Below, one piece after another: positions 1 through 9,545 of a stretch of DNA of 64,000 nucleotides. The first letter of the stretch is position 1; each line of letters begins with the position of its first letter. The notes under the pieces are model-generated. The model did no database searches and had not been told where the DNA came from. It saw only the letters and a program-made list of their open reading frames with translations. Source of the DNA: an uncultured Gammaproteobacteria bacterium (lineage in GTDB: Bacteria > Pseudomonadota > Gammaproteobacteria > Pseudomonadales > JAHEGP01); contig CAWBXV010000007.1 of the NCBI GenBank assembly GCA_963792875.1, positions 48,361 through 112,360 of the forward strand, written 5' to 3'. The position numbers and the translations under genes are program-made.

Positions 1-105
1 CAAACGCCTGCAGTCCGAACTCACGCTGTTCGGGACGGCGGGAATCATGTGGTCCGTGGGAGTCAACTTCCCGCTCGGCAGACAGGCACCATCGAGGTCA
101 TCGCC

Positions 106-1635
106 ATGAAAACGCTCACCACGGAAGACGCGTTCTTCCTCTACATCGAGACGCCCGACCAGCACCAGCACACGATCACCACCCTGATCATCGACCCGGC
201 GCAGGCGCCGGCGGATTTCTCCATCGAGCGGCTCGTTGAAAAGCTGGAGCAGGACATCCACATCCGGCCGCAGTTCTGCCAAAGGCTGGTGAATACCCCC
301 TTTTCGATGACACCGCCGGTACTGGTGGACGACCCCTACTTCGCGTTCAAGAATCACGTTCACCAGATTGCCGCGCCAGCGCCGGGCGGCATGCGCCAAC
401 TGACGAGTATCGTGGAGGACATCGCCGGCGTCCGCCTGAGTCGTCGCCGCCCGCTGTGGGATTGCTGGTTTGTCTCCGGCCTGGAGCAGGGCCGCATCGC
501 CATCATCTTCAAGGCCCATCACTGCCTGGCTGATGCCATCAGCGGCATGGCCTTTCTGGGCGAGCTGTTCGACATCGCGCCCGAGGCCTTCGCCGGGCGC
601 TCACAGCAGTCGCTCAGCGCAGGCGCGGACATGCCCAACCTCTGGGCCATCGTCTATCGCGCCATACTGAGCCAGTGGCGCTATCAGCCACGCTATCACG
701 AAGTCGTCGGCCGCACCTTTCGCAGCCTGCAGCGGCGCCGCTCCCTGATCTCGCAATCCCACGAACTCAGGCAATGGGTGCCGGCGATTCTCGAGGAGGC
801 GCCCCGCCTGAAGTTCAACGCGCCGATCACGCCCCACCGCAGCTGCGCCATGGGCAGCGTGCCGCTGGACGACATCAGGGCCATCAGGCAGGCCCTGGAC
901 ATGACCATCAACGATGTGATCACCGCCGCCTGCACGCTGGCGCTGCGGGAGTACCTCATCGCCACCGACGACCTGCCGGACCGGCCCCTGATCTGTTACA
1001 TGCCGGTGTCGCTCGCGCTCAAGGGGCGGAGCAGCCGCAATCCCGAACAGAGCAATCACGTGGGCAACATGGCCGTGCGCCTGCCGGTGCAGATCGAGGA
1101 CCCGGCGGAGCTGGCGCAGGCCGTCAAGGCGGCGACGGGCGCGGCCAAGCAGGTGTTCGACGCCTCGTTTGAGAACCTGTTTCAGGGCTACCTGAGCATG
1201 CTGCCGCCCTATCTGGCGGACTGGACGCTCAAGCAGGCGCTCAGCCGCCAGGTGGTGAAGTACGCCCCCACCAACTGCAACCTGGTGATCTCCAATTTCC
1301 CCGGCCCGACCATGCCCCTCTACCTGAGCGGCGCGCACCTGGCGGCGGTCCACTGCATGGGTCCGACCATCAGCGGTCAGGGCCCCAACATCACCTTCAT
1401 GAGCTACGCCGACCAGATTCATTTCAGCATACTGGCCTGCCGCGAGCACATGCCCGACCTCTGGCAGCTTGCCGACGGCATCACCAGAGGCTTCGACGCG
1501 CTGCGGGCGCTGGCCGGGGTGGCCGCCGAGGCAGCCCCCGCCGAGGAGACCGCCGAGCCAGCGGTCCCACGGCGCCAGGCCGCCGACCGTCCCGCCAGGC
1601 CCCGCATCGTGGTGCGCGACGTGATCACCGTGTAA
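106..1635 (+). CDS. Wax ester synthase / diacylglycerol acyltransferase (WS/DGAT) family
   Basis: The ORF track frame 49..1635 is trimmed to ATG 106, which has GAGG 8 nt upstream. The N-terminus LTTEDAFFLYIE and the acyltransferase motif HHCLADAISG (an HHxxxDG-like motif) are typical of WS/DGAT. At about 509 aa the length fits. Confidence 0.85.
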   Translation: MKTLTTEDAFFLYIETPDQHQHTITTLIIDPAQAPADFSIERLVEKLEQDIHIRPQFCQRLVNTPFSMTPPVLVDDPYFAFKNHVHQIAAPAPGGMRQLTSIVEDIAGVRLSRRRPLWDCWFVSGLEQGRIAIIFKAHHCLADAISGMAFLGELFDIAPEAFAGRSQQSLSAGADMPNLWAIVYRAILSQWRYQPRYHEVVGRTFRSLQRRRSLISQSHELRQWVPAILEEAPRLKFNAPITPHRSCAMGSVPLDDIRAIRQALDMTINDVITAACTLALREYLIATDDLPDRPLICYMPVSLALKGRSSRNPEQSNHVGNMAVRLPVQIEDPAELAQAVKAATGAAKQVFDASFENLFQGYLSMLPPYLADWTLKQALSRQVVKYAPTNCNLVISNFPGPTMPLYLSGAHLAAVHCMGPTISGQGPNITFMSYADQIHFSILACREHMPDLWQLADGITRGFDALRALAGVAAEAAPAEETAEPAVPRRQAADRPARPRIVVRDVITV

Positions 1636-1659
1636 AAGCCGGGCGCAGCCGGCGCCCGG
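1634..1659 (-). terminator. Hairpin plus T-run on the minus strand, a candidate intrinsic terminator after the LLM oxidoreductase gene
   Basis: An 8-bp GC stem, CCGGGCGC (1639-1646) pairing with GCGCCCGG (1652-1659), has a 5-nt loop. The plus-strand AAAA at 1634-1637 gives a short U-run on the minus-strand transcript. It lies between convergent genes and overlaps the WS/DGAT stop codon. Confidence 0.45.
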
Positions 1660-1675
1660 AACCAGGCGGCGCGAC

Positions 1676-2743
1676 TCAACTTTTCAGCTCAGCCACGATC
1701 TGGGCGACGCGATCGTCGTCACGGCTCAGCGCCTTGGGCAGATCGAGCAGCACCGAGGTGTACGAACCCGCCGCCCGCTCCCTGAGCCTGGGGGCCAGCT
1801 CGTCGTAGGTGCCGACGATGGCCCACTCCTGGAGCATGTCGTCGGTGATCTGCAGCGGCAATTCCGTCCACTTGCCCTCCACCGACAGGCGGTGCAGCTT
1901 GGCTCCGAGGTCCTCCCAGCCATGGTAGCTGAGCACCGAGTGATACGAGCGCGTGGAGGCATAGAAGGCGATGTGCTGCTTCAGCGCGGACTTGGCCTTT
2001 TCGACACCCTCGGCATCCGCTGCCACCGCCAGGAAGGGGGAGCCCACCACGTCGATGTCGGCGAGGGAGCGCCCCGCCCTGGCGGCGCCCTGGGCGATGG
2101 CCGGCATGATGACATCCCTGCTGTAGGCGAAGGTCGCCACCGGGTGCGCCCTCAGACCCGCGCACAGCTCACCGCACAGTCGCGCATTGTAGGTGTTGAC
2201 GGCGGCGATATAGATGGGAATGTCGGGGTGCTCGATGGGGCCCGGGTTGAAAAACGGCGACATCAGCGTGTAGCGGTAGTGCTCCCCCTCAAAGTACACC
2301 GGCTCCCTGGGGTTCTGGAAGGACTTGAACATCGCCTGCATGCACAGGATGTATTCGCGCAGGCGGGGACCGGGAGCCCCGGTCCACGGTGTGGCGTAGC
2401 GCCGCTCGATGTGTCCCTTGACCTGCGTGCCGAGTCCGAGCTGGAAGCGCCCGCCCGACAGATGCTGCAGGTCCCACGCCACCTGTGCCGTGGCCAGCGG
2501 ACTGCGCGGGAAGGCCACGGCGACATTGGTGCCAAGGCGAATGCGGCGAGTGTGCTCCGCGACGATGGGGAGGGGCAGAAAGGGGTCGTGCCCTGCCTCC
2601 GGCGTATTGACCACATCAAAGCCGAGGCGCTCGGCGCGCTCCCCCGCTGCCGCGATCGCGCCCAGGCTCTGCGCATCCTGGCCACGACCGGCATACTGAT
2701 CGGTCTGGGGCCCAAGAATGACGGTTTCCACTTGCAACGGCAT
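1676..2743 (-). CDS. Luciferase-like (LLM class) flavin/F420-dependent oxidoreductase
   Basis: The frame 1676..2863 is trimmed to ATG 2743, which follows AAGGGAGA. The sequence resembles the LLM family (GFDVVNTPEAGHDPF, RIRLGTNVAVAFPRSP, FQLGLGTQVKGHIERRY). Confidence 0.8.
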   Translation of the reverse strand: MPLQVETVILGPQTDQYAGRGQDAQSLGAIAAAGERAERLGFDVVNTPEAGHDPFLPLPIVAEHTRRIRLGTNVAVAFPRSPLATAQVAWDLQHLSGGRFQLGLGTQVKGHIERRYATPWTGAPGPRLREYILCMQAMFKSFQNPREPVYFEGEHYRYTLMSPFFNPGPIEHPDIPIYIAAVNTYNARLCGELCAGLRAHPVATFAYSRDVIMPAIAQGAARAGRSLADIDVVGSPFLAVAADAEGVEKAKSALKQHIAFYASTRSYHSVLSYHGWEDLGAKLHRLSVEGKWTELPLQITDDMLQEWAIVGTYDELAPRLRERAAGSYTSVLLDLPKALSRDDDRVAQIVAELKS

Positions 2744-3008
2744 GCCTATCTCCCTTCGGTGTCGTGTAGGTTCCGGCGCCGCACCGCGGCGACAGCTGCG
2801 GACATAATAGCGACCCCGTCGTCGAGAGAACAACAGCCCCGCCGTCCGGCAGGTCAGTTGCACGCCACAGGGTTTCTGCGATAATGATTTGCCGCGCGAC
2901 GGCCGGTGCCGGCTCGCTCGCGGGTGGATGTCCGGCAGAGCTGGCGCCGATCGACGGCGCCGTCGAGGGCCACAGTCGATAACAAATCAAACAATAAGGA
3001 AGCGTCAG

Positions 3009-3986
3009 ATGACTATTCTGGTAACAGGGGCCTTTGGCAACCTCGGCCTGATGTGCGTCAAGCAGGCCCTCAACATGGGCTTCAAGGTGCGCTGCTTCGA
3101 TGTCAACACCCCGGCGACCAACGCGCTGGCGCAGCACTTCAGCGACTTCTACCCCGAACACATCGAAGTGGTCCTGGGCGACATCAGGGACGAGCCCCTG
3201 CTGGATAACCTGGTGTACGAGGTCGACGCCATCATCCACAACGCGTCGCTGCTGCCGCCGCTGACTGACACCAAACCGGAGCTGGCCAAGACCATCAACG
3301 TCGACGCCTGCAAAAAGCTGATCGCCGCGGCGGAACGGCAGCCGACCCCCCCGGTGTTCGTGTTTCCGTCGTCCGTGACGGTCTTCGGGCTGCCACCGGG
3401 TCCGGCGCGCGTGCGCACTGCCGGCGACCCGATCTCGGCGACCGACAACTACACCCGCCACAAGATCGAGATCGAGCAAGCGCTGCAGGATTCCAAGCTG
3501 CCGTGGGTGATCGCGCGGGTCGGGGTCTCCGTCGACGCCCGCACCCTGAAAACCGACCTGAACACGTTCGCGACGCTGGTCGCCACGCAGGCCGACAACC
3601 CGCTGCACTACGTGCACCCCAAAGATGTCGCGCTGGCCATGTGCAATGCCTGCACCACACCCGCCGCCCACCGCAAGATTCTCCTGCTCGGCGGTGACGA
3701 GAGCTGTAAAGTCACCCAGCGCACATTTATCACGACGGCCTTTCGCGCGCTGGACCTGAAGTTTCCCCTGGAGGCTCACGGCACCCGGCGCTACTACACC
3801 CACTGGATGGACACCAGCGAGTCGGAGGCCATCCTGCACTTCCAGCAGCACCCCTTCAGCGCCTATGAAGACGACATGAACGCCAAACTCAAGCCCGTGC
3901 GCATCGTGCTGTGGCCGCTGCGCTGGCTGGTCAATCCGATCCTGCGCGTCCTGCTGATACGGCTCAGCAACTCGGCCCCGCAATGA
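3009..3986 (+). CDS. NAD-dependent epimerase/dehydratase (extended SDR) family protein
   Basis: Start is ATG 3009, after AAGGAAG. The N-terminal Rossmann motif is ILVTGAFGNLG. A YxxxK-like motif (YTRHK) is present. Confidence 0.8.
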   Translation: MTILVTGAFGNLGLMCVKQALNMGFKVRCFDVNTPATNALAQHFSDFYPEHIEVVLGDIRDEPLLDNLVYEVDAIIHNASLLPPLTDTKPELAKTINVDACKKLIAAAERQPTPPVFVFPSSVTVFGLPPGPARVRTAGDPISATDNYTRHKIEIEQALQDSKLPWVIARVGVSVDARTLKTDLNTFATLVATQADNPLHYVHPKDVALAMCNACTTPAAHRKILLLGGDESCKVTQRTFITTAFRALDLKFPLEAHGTRRYYTHWMDTSESEAILHFQQHPFSAYEDDMNAKLKPVRIVLWPLRWLVNPILRVLLIRLSNSAPQ

Positions 3987-4023
3987 AACGGCCGCCAGCG
4001 GCGGGTGCACCGGCGGGCCGCCG

Positions 4024-5265
4024 CTAGGTGCCCTGAACCGGCTCCTCGGCCGCGGAGGATGCATTGGCAGGGTCCTCGACGAAGTCCTCGACGAGGTCTT
4101 CGACGAGGTCTTCGACGAAGTCACCCGCCGCTGCGGCAGCACCTGAGTCCCCCTCGCCTGCGCTGTCGGGCGGCGCCAGTTCAACCGTATTTCTGACCCG
4201 CTGCGCCCGCGCATAGACCTCCTGCGGCCCCCCCTGCAACACGCGCACCGGCACTCCCAGGCCCGCCATGGCAAGCGCCGCGGCGTACTCGCGCTGATAC
4301 TCCTCGGCAAAAAAACCGGTCTTGCTCTGCTCGATGTCCAACACCAGACTCAGGCGCTCCGCGGCGATGTCCTGCTCCTCTTCCAGCGGCGGGTGGGCTT
4401 CCAGGTAGACTTCTCCCCCGCGCCAGCCGACCAGATAGGGCTCATTGATGATGTTCACCGGCTCGCCCACCTCCACCAGGGCATACAGCACCGCGATATT
4501 CTCCGGGTAGAGCCGCACGCAGCCGTGGCTGACCCGCATCCCCACGCCGTAGGGCTTGTTGGTGCCGTGGATGAGGTAACTGGTGAGGCTCAGGCGCAGC
4601 GCATAGCTGCCCAGCGGATTGTCGGGGCCCGGCGGCACCACCGCCGGCAACGGATCGCCCCGCTGCGCATGCTCCCGGCGCACGGAGGCCGGCGGGGTCC
4701 AGGTGGGATTCTCCGTTTTGGACACGACGCGCGCCAAGCCCTCCGGGGTGTTCCAGCCGACGCGCCCGATACCGACCGGGTAGGTCAGCACCATGGTCCG
4801 CTGCCCCTCTTCGATGTGGGGGTAGTAGAACAGCCGCTTGGCGGCGATGTTGAGCACGATCCCGGTCCTCGGGGCATCCGGCAGCACGTACTGGGTCGGC
4901 AGCAGTATGCGCGTACCCTCACCCGGCAACCAGGGGTCGATGCCCGGGTTGGCCTCTACCAGTTCGTCGTAGCCCAGGCCGTATTCCCGCGCGATATCGG
5001 AGAAGGTGTCTTCGTAGCGGGCCGTGATGAGCTGCGGCTCGCCGATCACCGACTGCCCCGGCTCCTCGAGAAAAAACACGTTGCGATTGATCGGGTCCGG
5101 CAGCACTTCGACCGCTTCGCGTTTGGCGCTGCGCGCATGGTCGCGACCGACAGGGTCGCCGCCATCCTGCAGCACTTCGCAGGCACTCAGCATCAGCGCC
5201 AGCAACACGAACCCGGCAGGCCTGAGCCCCGCCACTACGACTCTGTACCCTTTCAACCTATTCAC
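4024..5265 (-). CDS. L,D-transpeptidase (YkuD domain) lipoprotein with a LysM domain and an acidic repeat tail
   Basis: The catalytic motif HGTNKPYGVGMRVSHGCVRLYPENI is present. A LysM-like segment reads TFSDIAREYGLGYDELVEANPGIDPW. The lipobox LMLSAC follows GTG 5265, which has GAGG 7 nt upstream. The ORF track starts at TTG 5334, so the start is uncertain. Confidence 0.8.
   Translation of the reverse strand: MNRLKGYRVVVAGLRPAGFVLLALMLSACEVLQDGGDPVGRDHARSAKREAVEVLPDPINRNVFFLEEPGQSVIGEPQLITARYEDTFSDIAREYGLGYDELVEANPGIDPWLPGEGTRILLPTQYVLPDAPRTGIVLNIAAKRLFYYPHIEEGQRTMVLTYPVGIGRVGWNTPEGLARVVSKTENPTWTPPASVRREHAQRGDPLPAVVPPGPDNPLGSYALRLSLTSYLIHGTNKPYGVGMRVSHGCVRLYPENIAVLYALVEVGEPVNIINEPYLVGWRGGEVYLEAHPPLEEEQDIAAERLSLVLDIEQSKTGFFAEEYQREYAAALAMAGLGVPVRVLQGGPQEVYARAQRVRNTVELAPPDSAGEGDSGAAAAAGDFVEDLVEDLVEDFVEDPANASSAAEEPVQGT
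4072..4119. repeat. Four tandem copies of a 12-nt unit (GTCYTCGACGAR) inside the L,D-transpeptidase 3' end
   Basis: Read directly: gtcctcgacgaa, gtcctcgacgag, gtcttcgacgag, gtcttcgacgaa. On the minus strand this encodes DFVEDLVEDLVEDFVED. Confidence 0.9.
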
Positions 5266-5397
5266 CTGAGCGCCTCGCCGATAGTTGCGACGTACCGAAA
5301 AATCACTGTGGCAAACCCTGACCGCGCCTGTCAAGCCGCGTCAATTCAAGCGATCCACCGCACCGGCGAGGGGCCGCGCCGAGCCTGTCCGACCGCT

Positions 5398-5727
5398 TCA
5401 GCGGCGCTCCTCGAGCAGCGCGATGATGCGGTCACGGGTCGCGGGACTGAGTCGAGCGAAATGCTCCTCCTTGAACAAGCCCAGTTTACAGAGATTGATG
5501 ATCCTCACCATGGCCGTGGTGGGCCTCATATCGTCGAACAGGACCGCCAGGCGCCGGTCCTCGGCGTCCAGCAGGCTGCGCAGTTCGAGCAGCGCTTCAT
5601 ACGGCCGCCCCTGGCGAGCCGCCAGGATGGCATCCGCCCGCTGCAGCACTTCATCGCTGGCGGTATCGAGCAATTCCTGTTTGAGATCGCGCAATACCCT
5701 CCAATCACCCTCGGGAATCTGGAACAT
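5398..5727 (-). CDS. Hypothetical 109-aa protein
   Basis: The frame is open and has codon bias typical of the window. I recognise no motif. There is no strong SD. Confidence 0.45.
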   Translation of the reverse strand: MFQIPEGDWRVLRDLKQELLDTASDEVLQRADAILAARQGRPYEALLELRSLLDAEDRRLAVLFDDMRPTTAMVRIINLCKLGLFKEEHFARLSPATRDRIIALLEERR

Positions 5728-6069
5728 CGGGATTACCGCCCTGGTCTGATTTGCCTACCTCTTTACACGGCCGCCAACGGCCCCGCACCCGAGTGCCCTG
5801 CTGGCACTCGCTACTGCGGCCAACGCCGAACGATCGCCGCGGCGCGTAGTATACGGCAAACAGCCCCATGAATCGTCCCCCGAGCGCCGCGCGAGAGGTT
5901 CGCGGGCGCGGCCGCGTATCGCCCCAGCCGGCACCGCGATGCGCCCGCTGCGACCTTCAGGCCCTGCGGGCAGTTTACTGGAGCGATGGTCGACTGGACG
6001 CTATACCGCCCGCCCTTTTTCCGTATACTCTCGGAGGTCTACCAATAACGCGGCAGGAGAGAACTACGC

Positions 6070-7719
6070 ATGGACTATAAACTCCCCCTTCAGTGCTTTG
6101 CCGAACAGGTCGCCAGACAGCCCGATCGGGTCTGGCTCAATCAACCGGACCTCCAAGGCCGATACTATACCCTGACCTGGGCGCAGGCCGACGATCAGGC
6201 CCGACGCATCGCGGCCGGCCTCAAAGCACAGGGACTGCAACCGGGTGACCGCGTCAGCATACTGTCCAAGAACTGCGCAGAGTGGTTCATTGCGGACCTC
6301 GCCATCATGATGGCGGGCATGATCAGCGTACCGATCTATTTTACAGCGGGCGTCACCACCATTCAGCACGTCCTCAGTCACAGCAGCAGCAAGGCGATAT
6401 TTCTGGGCAAGCTCGACAGCGTGGAACCCGCCGACGAGGCCATCCCCGCGGACGTCCTGCGCATCGCCATGCCCTGGCCGACGGCGAAATCGAGCGAGAG
6501 CTGGAAGAGCTGGCTGCAGAAATACGAACCCATCGAGACGCCGGCCTCGCCCCGCGCCGACGACACCATGACCATTTCCTATACCTCGGGCAGCACCGGC
6601 CTGCCCAAGGGCGTGGTGCTGACGTACAAGAACATCGCCGCCGGCGCCTACCACTCGGTGCAGACGGCCCAGGTCAGCGCTGCCGACCGGGCCCTCTCGT
6701 ACCTGCCCCTGGCCCATATCACCGAGCGAGTGCTGGTGGAGATGCTCAGCGTGTGCGCCGGCTGCACCATCTATTTCGTCGAGTCACTCGACACCTTCGC
6801 CAAGAATCTGGCTTACGCCAAGCCGACGATTTTTATCTCGGTGCCACGGCTGTGGACCAAGTTCCAGAGCCAGATCCTCAAAAAGATGCCCCAGGAAAAG
6901 CTCGACAGGCTACTGCGCATTCCGCTGCTGGGACGCCTCGTCGCCTGGAAGATCCGCAAGGCCATGGGCCTGCACAAGTGCGGCCTGTTCGGCTCGGGCA
7001 CCGCGCCGATCTCGCCTTCCACGCTCGAGTGGTTCAGCAGGATCGGCATGCCCATCAGCGAGGGCTGGGGCATGACCGAGACCTCCGGGCTGGCCTGCGC
7101 CAACATACCGTTCCGCAAGCAAGACATCGGCACCATCGGCGTGCCCGTGCCCTGCGTCGAGATGCGCCTGTCGGCGGACAACGAGATTCAGATCCGCGGC
7201 GACACCATCTTCGAGGAGTACTACCTCAACCCCGAGGCCACCGCTGAGACCTTCACTGAGGGCTGGATGCGCACTGGCGACCTGGGCACCAAGCTCCCCA
7301 ACGGCGCCTACAAGATCGTCGGCCGCATGAAGGAACAGTTCAAGACCGGCAAGGGCAAGTACGTCGCCCCCGTCCCGATCGAGAGCCTGATCTCGGCCAA
7401 TCCCGACGTCGAGCAGGTCTGCGTCATGGGCAGCGGCCGCAAGCAGCCCATAGCCCTGGTGGTCATGGGCGGCAGGACGGCAACGCCGAGCGCCGAAAAC
7501 CGGGCCGCGCTGGAACAGCGGCTGAAAGAGGTCAACAGTCAGCTGGAGGGACACCAGAAACTCGATCACATCATCGTCGCCAGCGAGCCATGGGGCGTTG
7601 AAAACGACTTTCTGACGCCGACCCTCAAGCTCAAGCGCAATGTGCTGGAGGCGCATTACGCGGCCAAGCTAGAAAAGGCCCGGCTCTCCCAGCCCGTCGT
7701 CTGGGAGAGTGAGATCTAA
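6070..7719 (+). CDS. Long-chain fatty acid-CoA ligase (AMP-dependent synthetase/ligase)
   Basis: The AMP-binding motif is YTSGSTGLPKGVVLTYKN. It also has GWGMTE, TGDLG and a C-terminal PTLKLKR. GGAGAG lies upstream of ATG 6070. Confidence 0.9.
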   Translation: MDYKLPLQCFAEQVARQPDRVWLNQPDLQGRYYTLTWAQADDQARRIAAGLKAQGLQPGDRVSILSKNCAEWFIADLAIMMAGMISVPIYFTAGVTTIQHVLSHSSSKAIFLGKLDSVEPADEAIPADVLRIAMPWPTAKSSESWKSWLQKYEPIETPASPRADDTMTISYTSGSTGLPKGVVLTYKNIAAGAYHSVQTAQVSAADRALSYLPLAHITERVLVEMLSVCAGCTIYFVESLDTFAKNLAYAKPTIFISVPRLWTKFQSQILKKMPQEKLDRLLRIPLLGRLVAWKIRKAMGLHKCGLFGSGTAPISPSTLEWFSRIGMPISEGWGMTETSGLACANIPFRKQDIGTIGVPVPCVEMRLSADNEIQIRGDTIFEEYYLNPEATAETFTEGWMRTGDLGTKLPNGAYKIVGRMKEQFKTGKGKYVAPVPIESLISANPDVEQVCVMGSGRKQPIALVVMGGRTATPSAENRAALEQRLKEVNSQLEGHQKLDHIIVASEPWGVENDFLTPTLKLKRNVLEAHYAAKLEKARLSQPVVWESEI

Positions 7720-7723
7720 GCAG

Positions 7724-7758
7724 AAAAAACCGGGTGCAGCCCTCGGGGCCGCACCCGG
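7724..7758 (-). terminator. Rho-independent terminator for the OmpA-family gene (minus-strand orientation)
   Basis: A 13-bp stem with one mismatch, CCGGGTGCAGCCC / GGGCCGCACCCGG (7730-7758), is flanked by the plus-strand A6 at 7724-7729. That gives a U6 after the hairpin on the minus transcript. It lies between convergent genes. Confidence 0.65.
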
Positions 7759-7790
7759 CAGTTGATGCGCAGGTCAGTGGCTGCAGCCGG

Positions 7791-8447
7791 TCACAGGGGC
7801 AGCAGGTCGATCTCCACCCGGCGGTTCTGCTCGCGCCCCCAGGCTTGGTCGTTGCTGGCGACGGGCTGGCGCGGCCCGTAACCCAACGCCTGCACCCGGC
7901 CCGGCTTGACGCCCTTGCCCACCAGATACCCGGCGACGTTGCGCGCCCTGGACTCGCTGAGCGACTGGTTCAACGGTAAAGAGCCGGTCGAATCGGTGTG
8001 ACCCGACACCCGCACCGCGGTCTTATCGAACTCGTCAACCACCAGCGCCACACTGTCGAGCACCGGGTAGAAGTGCGCCTTGATATCGTCGTGCGAGCTA
8101 TCGAAGGTGATATTGCCGGGCATCACCAGCTTGATCTGGTCCCCCACCCGCTGCACCCGCACGCCGCTGCCCTCGAGCTGCTGCCGCAGCTTGGCCTCCT
8201 GCTTGTCCATATAGAAGCCGACGCCGCCGCCCACGGCCCCACCCGCCGCCGCCCCGATCACCGCGGCTTCCGCGCGGTTGTCGCTGCCCGAGGTCACAGC
8301 CCCGATCACCGCTCCAGTCAGAGCGCCGATGCCGGACGCCATGGCCGTCTTGCTGGCACGCTGTTCGCCCGTATAGGGATCAGTCGATACACAGGCGCTC
8401 AAACCCAGGCTGGCGGCCAGTATCAGTGAAGCGCTGAACATTTTCAT
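7791..8447 (-). CDS. OmpA-family lipoprotein (glycine-zipper plus OmpA_C peptidoglycan-binding domain)
   Basis: The signal and lipobox are MKMFSASLILAASLGLSAC. A Gly-rich zipper reads GALTGAVIGAVTSG...GAAAGGAVGGGVG. The OmpA_C domain shows VSGHTDSTGS...NQSLSESRA...NRRVEI. ATG 8447 lies 6 nt after GGAGA. Confidence 0.85.
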   Translation of the reverse strand: MKMFSASLILAASLGLSACVSTDPYTGEQRASKTAMASGIGALTGAVIGAVTSGSDNRAEAAVIGAAAGGAVGGGVGFYMDKQEAKLRQQLEGSGVRVQRVGDQIKLVMPGNITFDSSHDDIKAHFYPVLDSVALVVDEFDKTAVRVSGHTDSTGSLPLNQSLSESRARNVAGYLVGKGVKPGRVQALGYGPRQPVASNDQAWGREQNRRVEIDLLPL

Positions 8448-8632
8448 TGCCATTCTCCGTGAGGTCACACACTCGCCCGCCCCCCGCAGGGACGGCGTTT
8501 CACCTCAGGATATATGATGCAATGAGCGGCCGACGGCCGCTTTGCAGCGCTGTGACGCGCTTCAATCAATGCCGCTGCAGCGGTCCGACTCTGCGCGCTC
8601 GGCAGTCGCCGCGACGATCCGGAGGCGTCGCG

Positions 8633-9421
8633 TCAACGACCGCAAAACGCCGGCCGGCGCTTGCCCAGGAAGGCCGCGATGCCCTCCTGGCCGTCCGCGC
8701 GGGACGCGTTGGCCGCGATGCCGTCGGCCTCGAAGGCGAGCTGGGTTTCCAGGCTGACGAGCGGCGAGCTGGCAAGCAGTTCCTTCACCGTGGCAAAGGC
8801 CTGGGTCGGCCCCGCGGCCAGCCGCAGGGCCATCTGCTCCGCCGCCTGCTGCAGCTGGTCGTCCGGCACCACGGCGTTGATCATGCCCCAGGCCAGCGCC
8901 TCATCGGCGCTCAGTTTGCGGTTGGTCAGCATCAGCTCCCGCGCCCTGGCGTCGCCCACCAGGCGGGGCAGCAGGTAGCTGGCGCCGCCGTCCGGGGACA
9001 GCCCCGCCGCCGTGTAGGCCATGGTGAAACTGGCCGACTGTGCGGCGAGCGTGTAGTCGCCGAGCAACGCCATACTGAAACCGGCCCCCGCCGCAGGGCC
9101 ATTGACCGCCACCACCATGGGCTTGCGCATGCGGGCAAAGGTACTGACCGCCTCGTGCAGCTGACCGGCCGCCTCCTTGATCAGGGTGCCGACGGTCGCC
9201 AGGTCCTGGCCGAACCAGGCGAGGTCGCCACCGACCGAGAACATTCTGCCGGAACCGGTGAGCAGCACGGCCCTCACGGCGTCATCAACGGCACAGCGCT
9301 CGGCGACCTCGCGGATCCGGTGCATGAACGCCCGGTCCATGGCGTTGCCCGCCTCCGGGCGATTGAAGGTGACGCGGGCCAGCCCCGCATCGACCTCGAA
9401 GCGGATGGATTGTTCGGTCAT
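8633..9421 (-). CDS. Enoyl-CoA hydratase/isomerase (crotonase) family
   Basis: The crotonase fold sequence is present (RVTFNRPEAGNAM, LLTGSGRMFSVGGDL, VVAVNGPAAGAGFSMAL). AGGAGA lies upstream of ATG 9421. Confidence 0.85.
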   Translation of the reverse strand: MTEQSIRFEVDAGLARVTFNRPEAGNAMDRAFMHRIREVAERCAVDDAVRAVLLTGSGRMFSVGGDLAWFGQDLATVGTLIKEAAGQLHEAVSTFARMRKPMVVAVNGPAAGAGFSMALLGDYTLAAQSASFTMAYTAAGLSPDGGASYLLPRLVGDARARELMLTNRKLSADEALAWGMINAVVPDDQLQQAAEQMALRLAAGPTQAFATVKELLASSPLVSLETQLAFEADGIAANASRADGQEGIAAFLGKRRPAFCGR

Positions 9422-9545
9422 GGGGTTCTCCTGCTTGACTCAATGGCGATAGCCGGGGTGACACAGCGCGCGCAAGGCCCGCGCCCGCTCGCTCCCGGGA
9501 AACAGTTCAAGGGCACCCGGTCAGGCCGGTCCAGGGACGAGCGCG

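Noticed and set aside
5802-5817. A TGGCAC...TGC sigma-54-like element upstream of the acyl-CoA ligase gene.
   Set aside because: The GG-to-GC spacing is one nucleotide too long (TGGCACTCGCTACTGC). The -12 element also lacks the TTGC context. It is not reported as a promoter.
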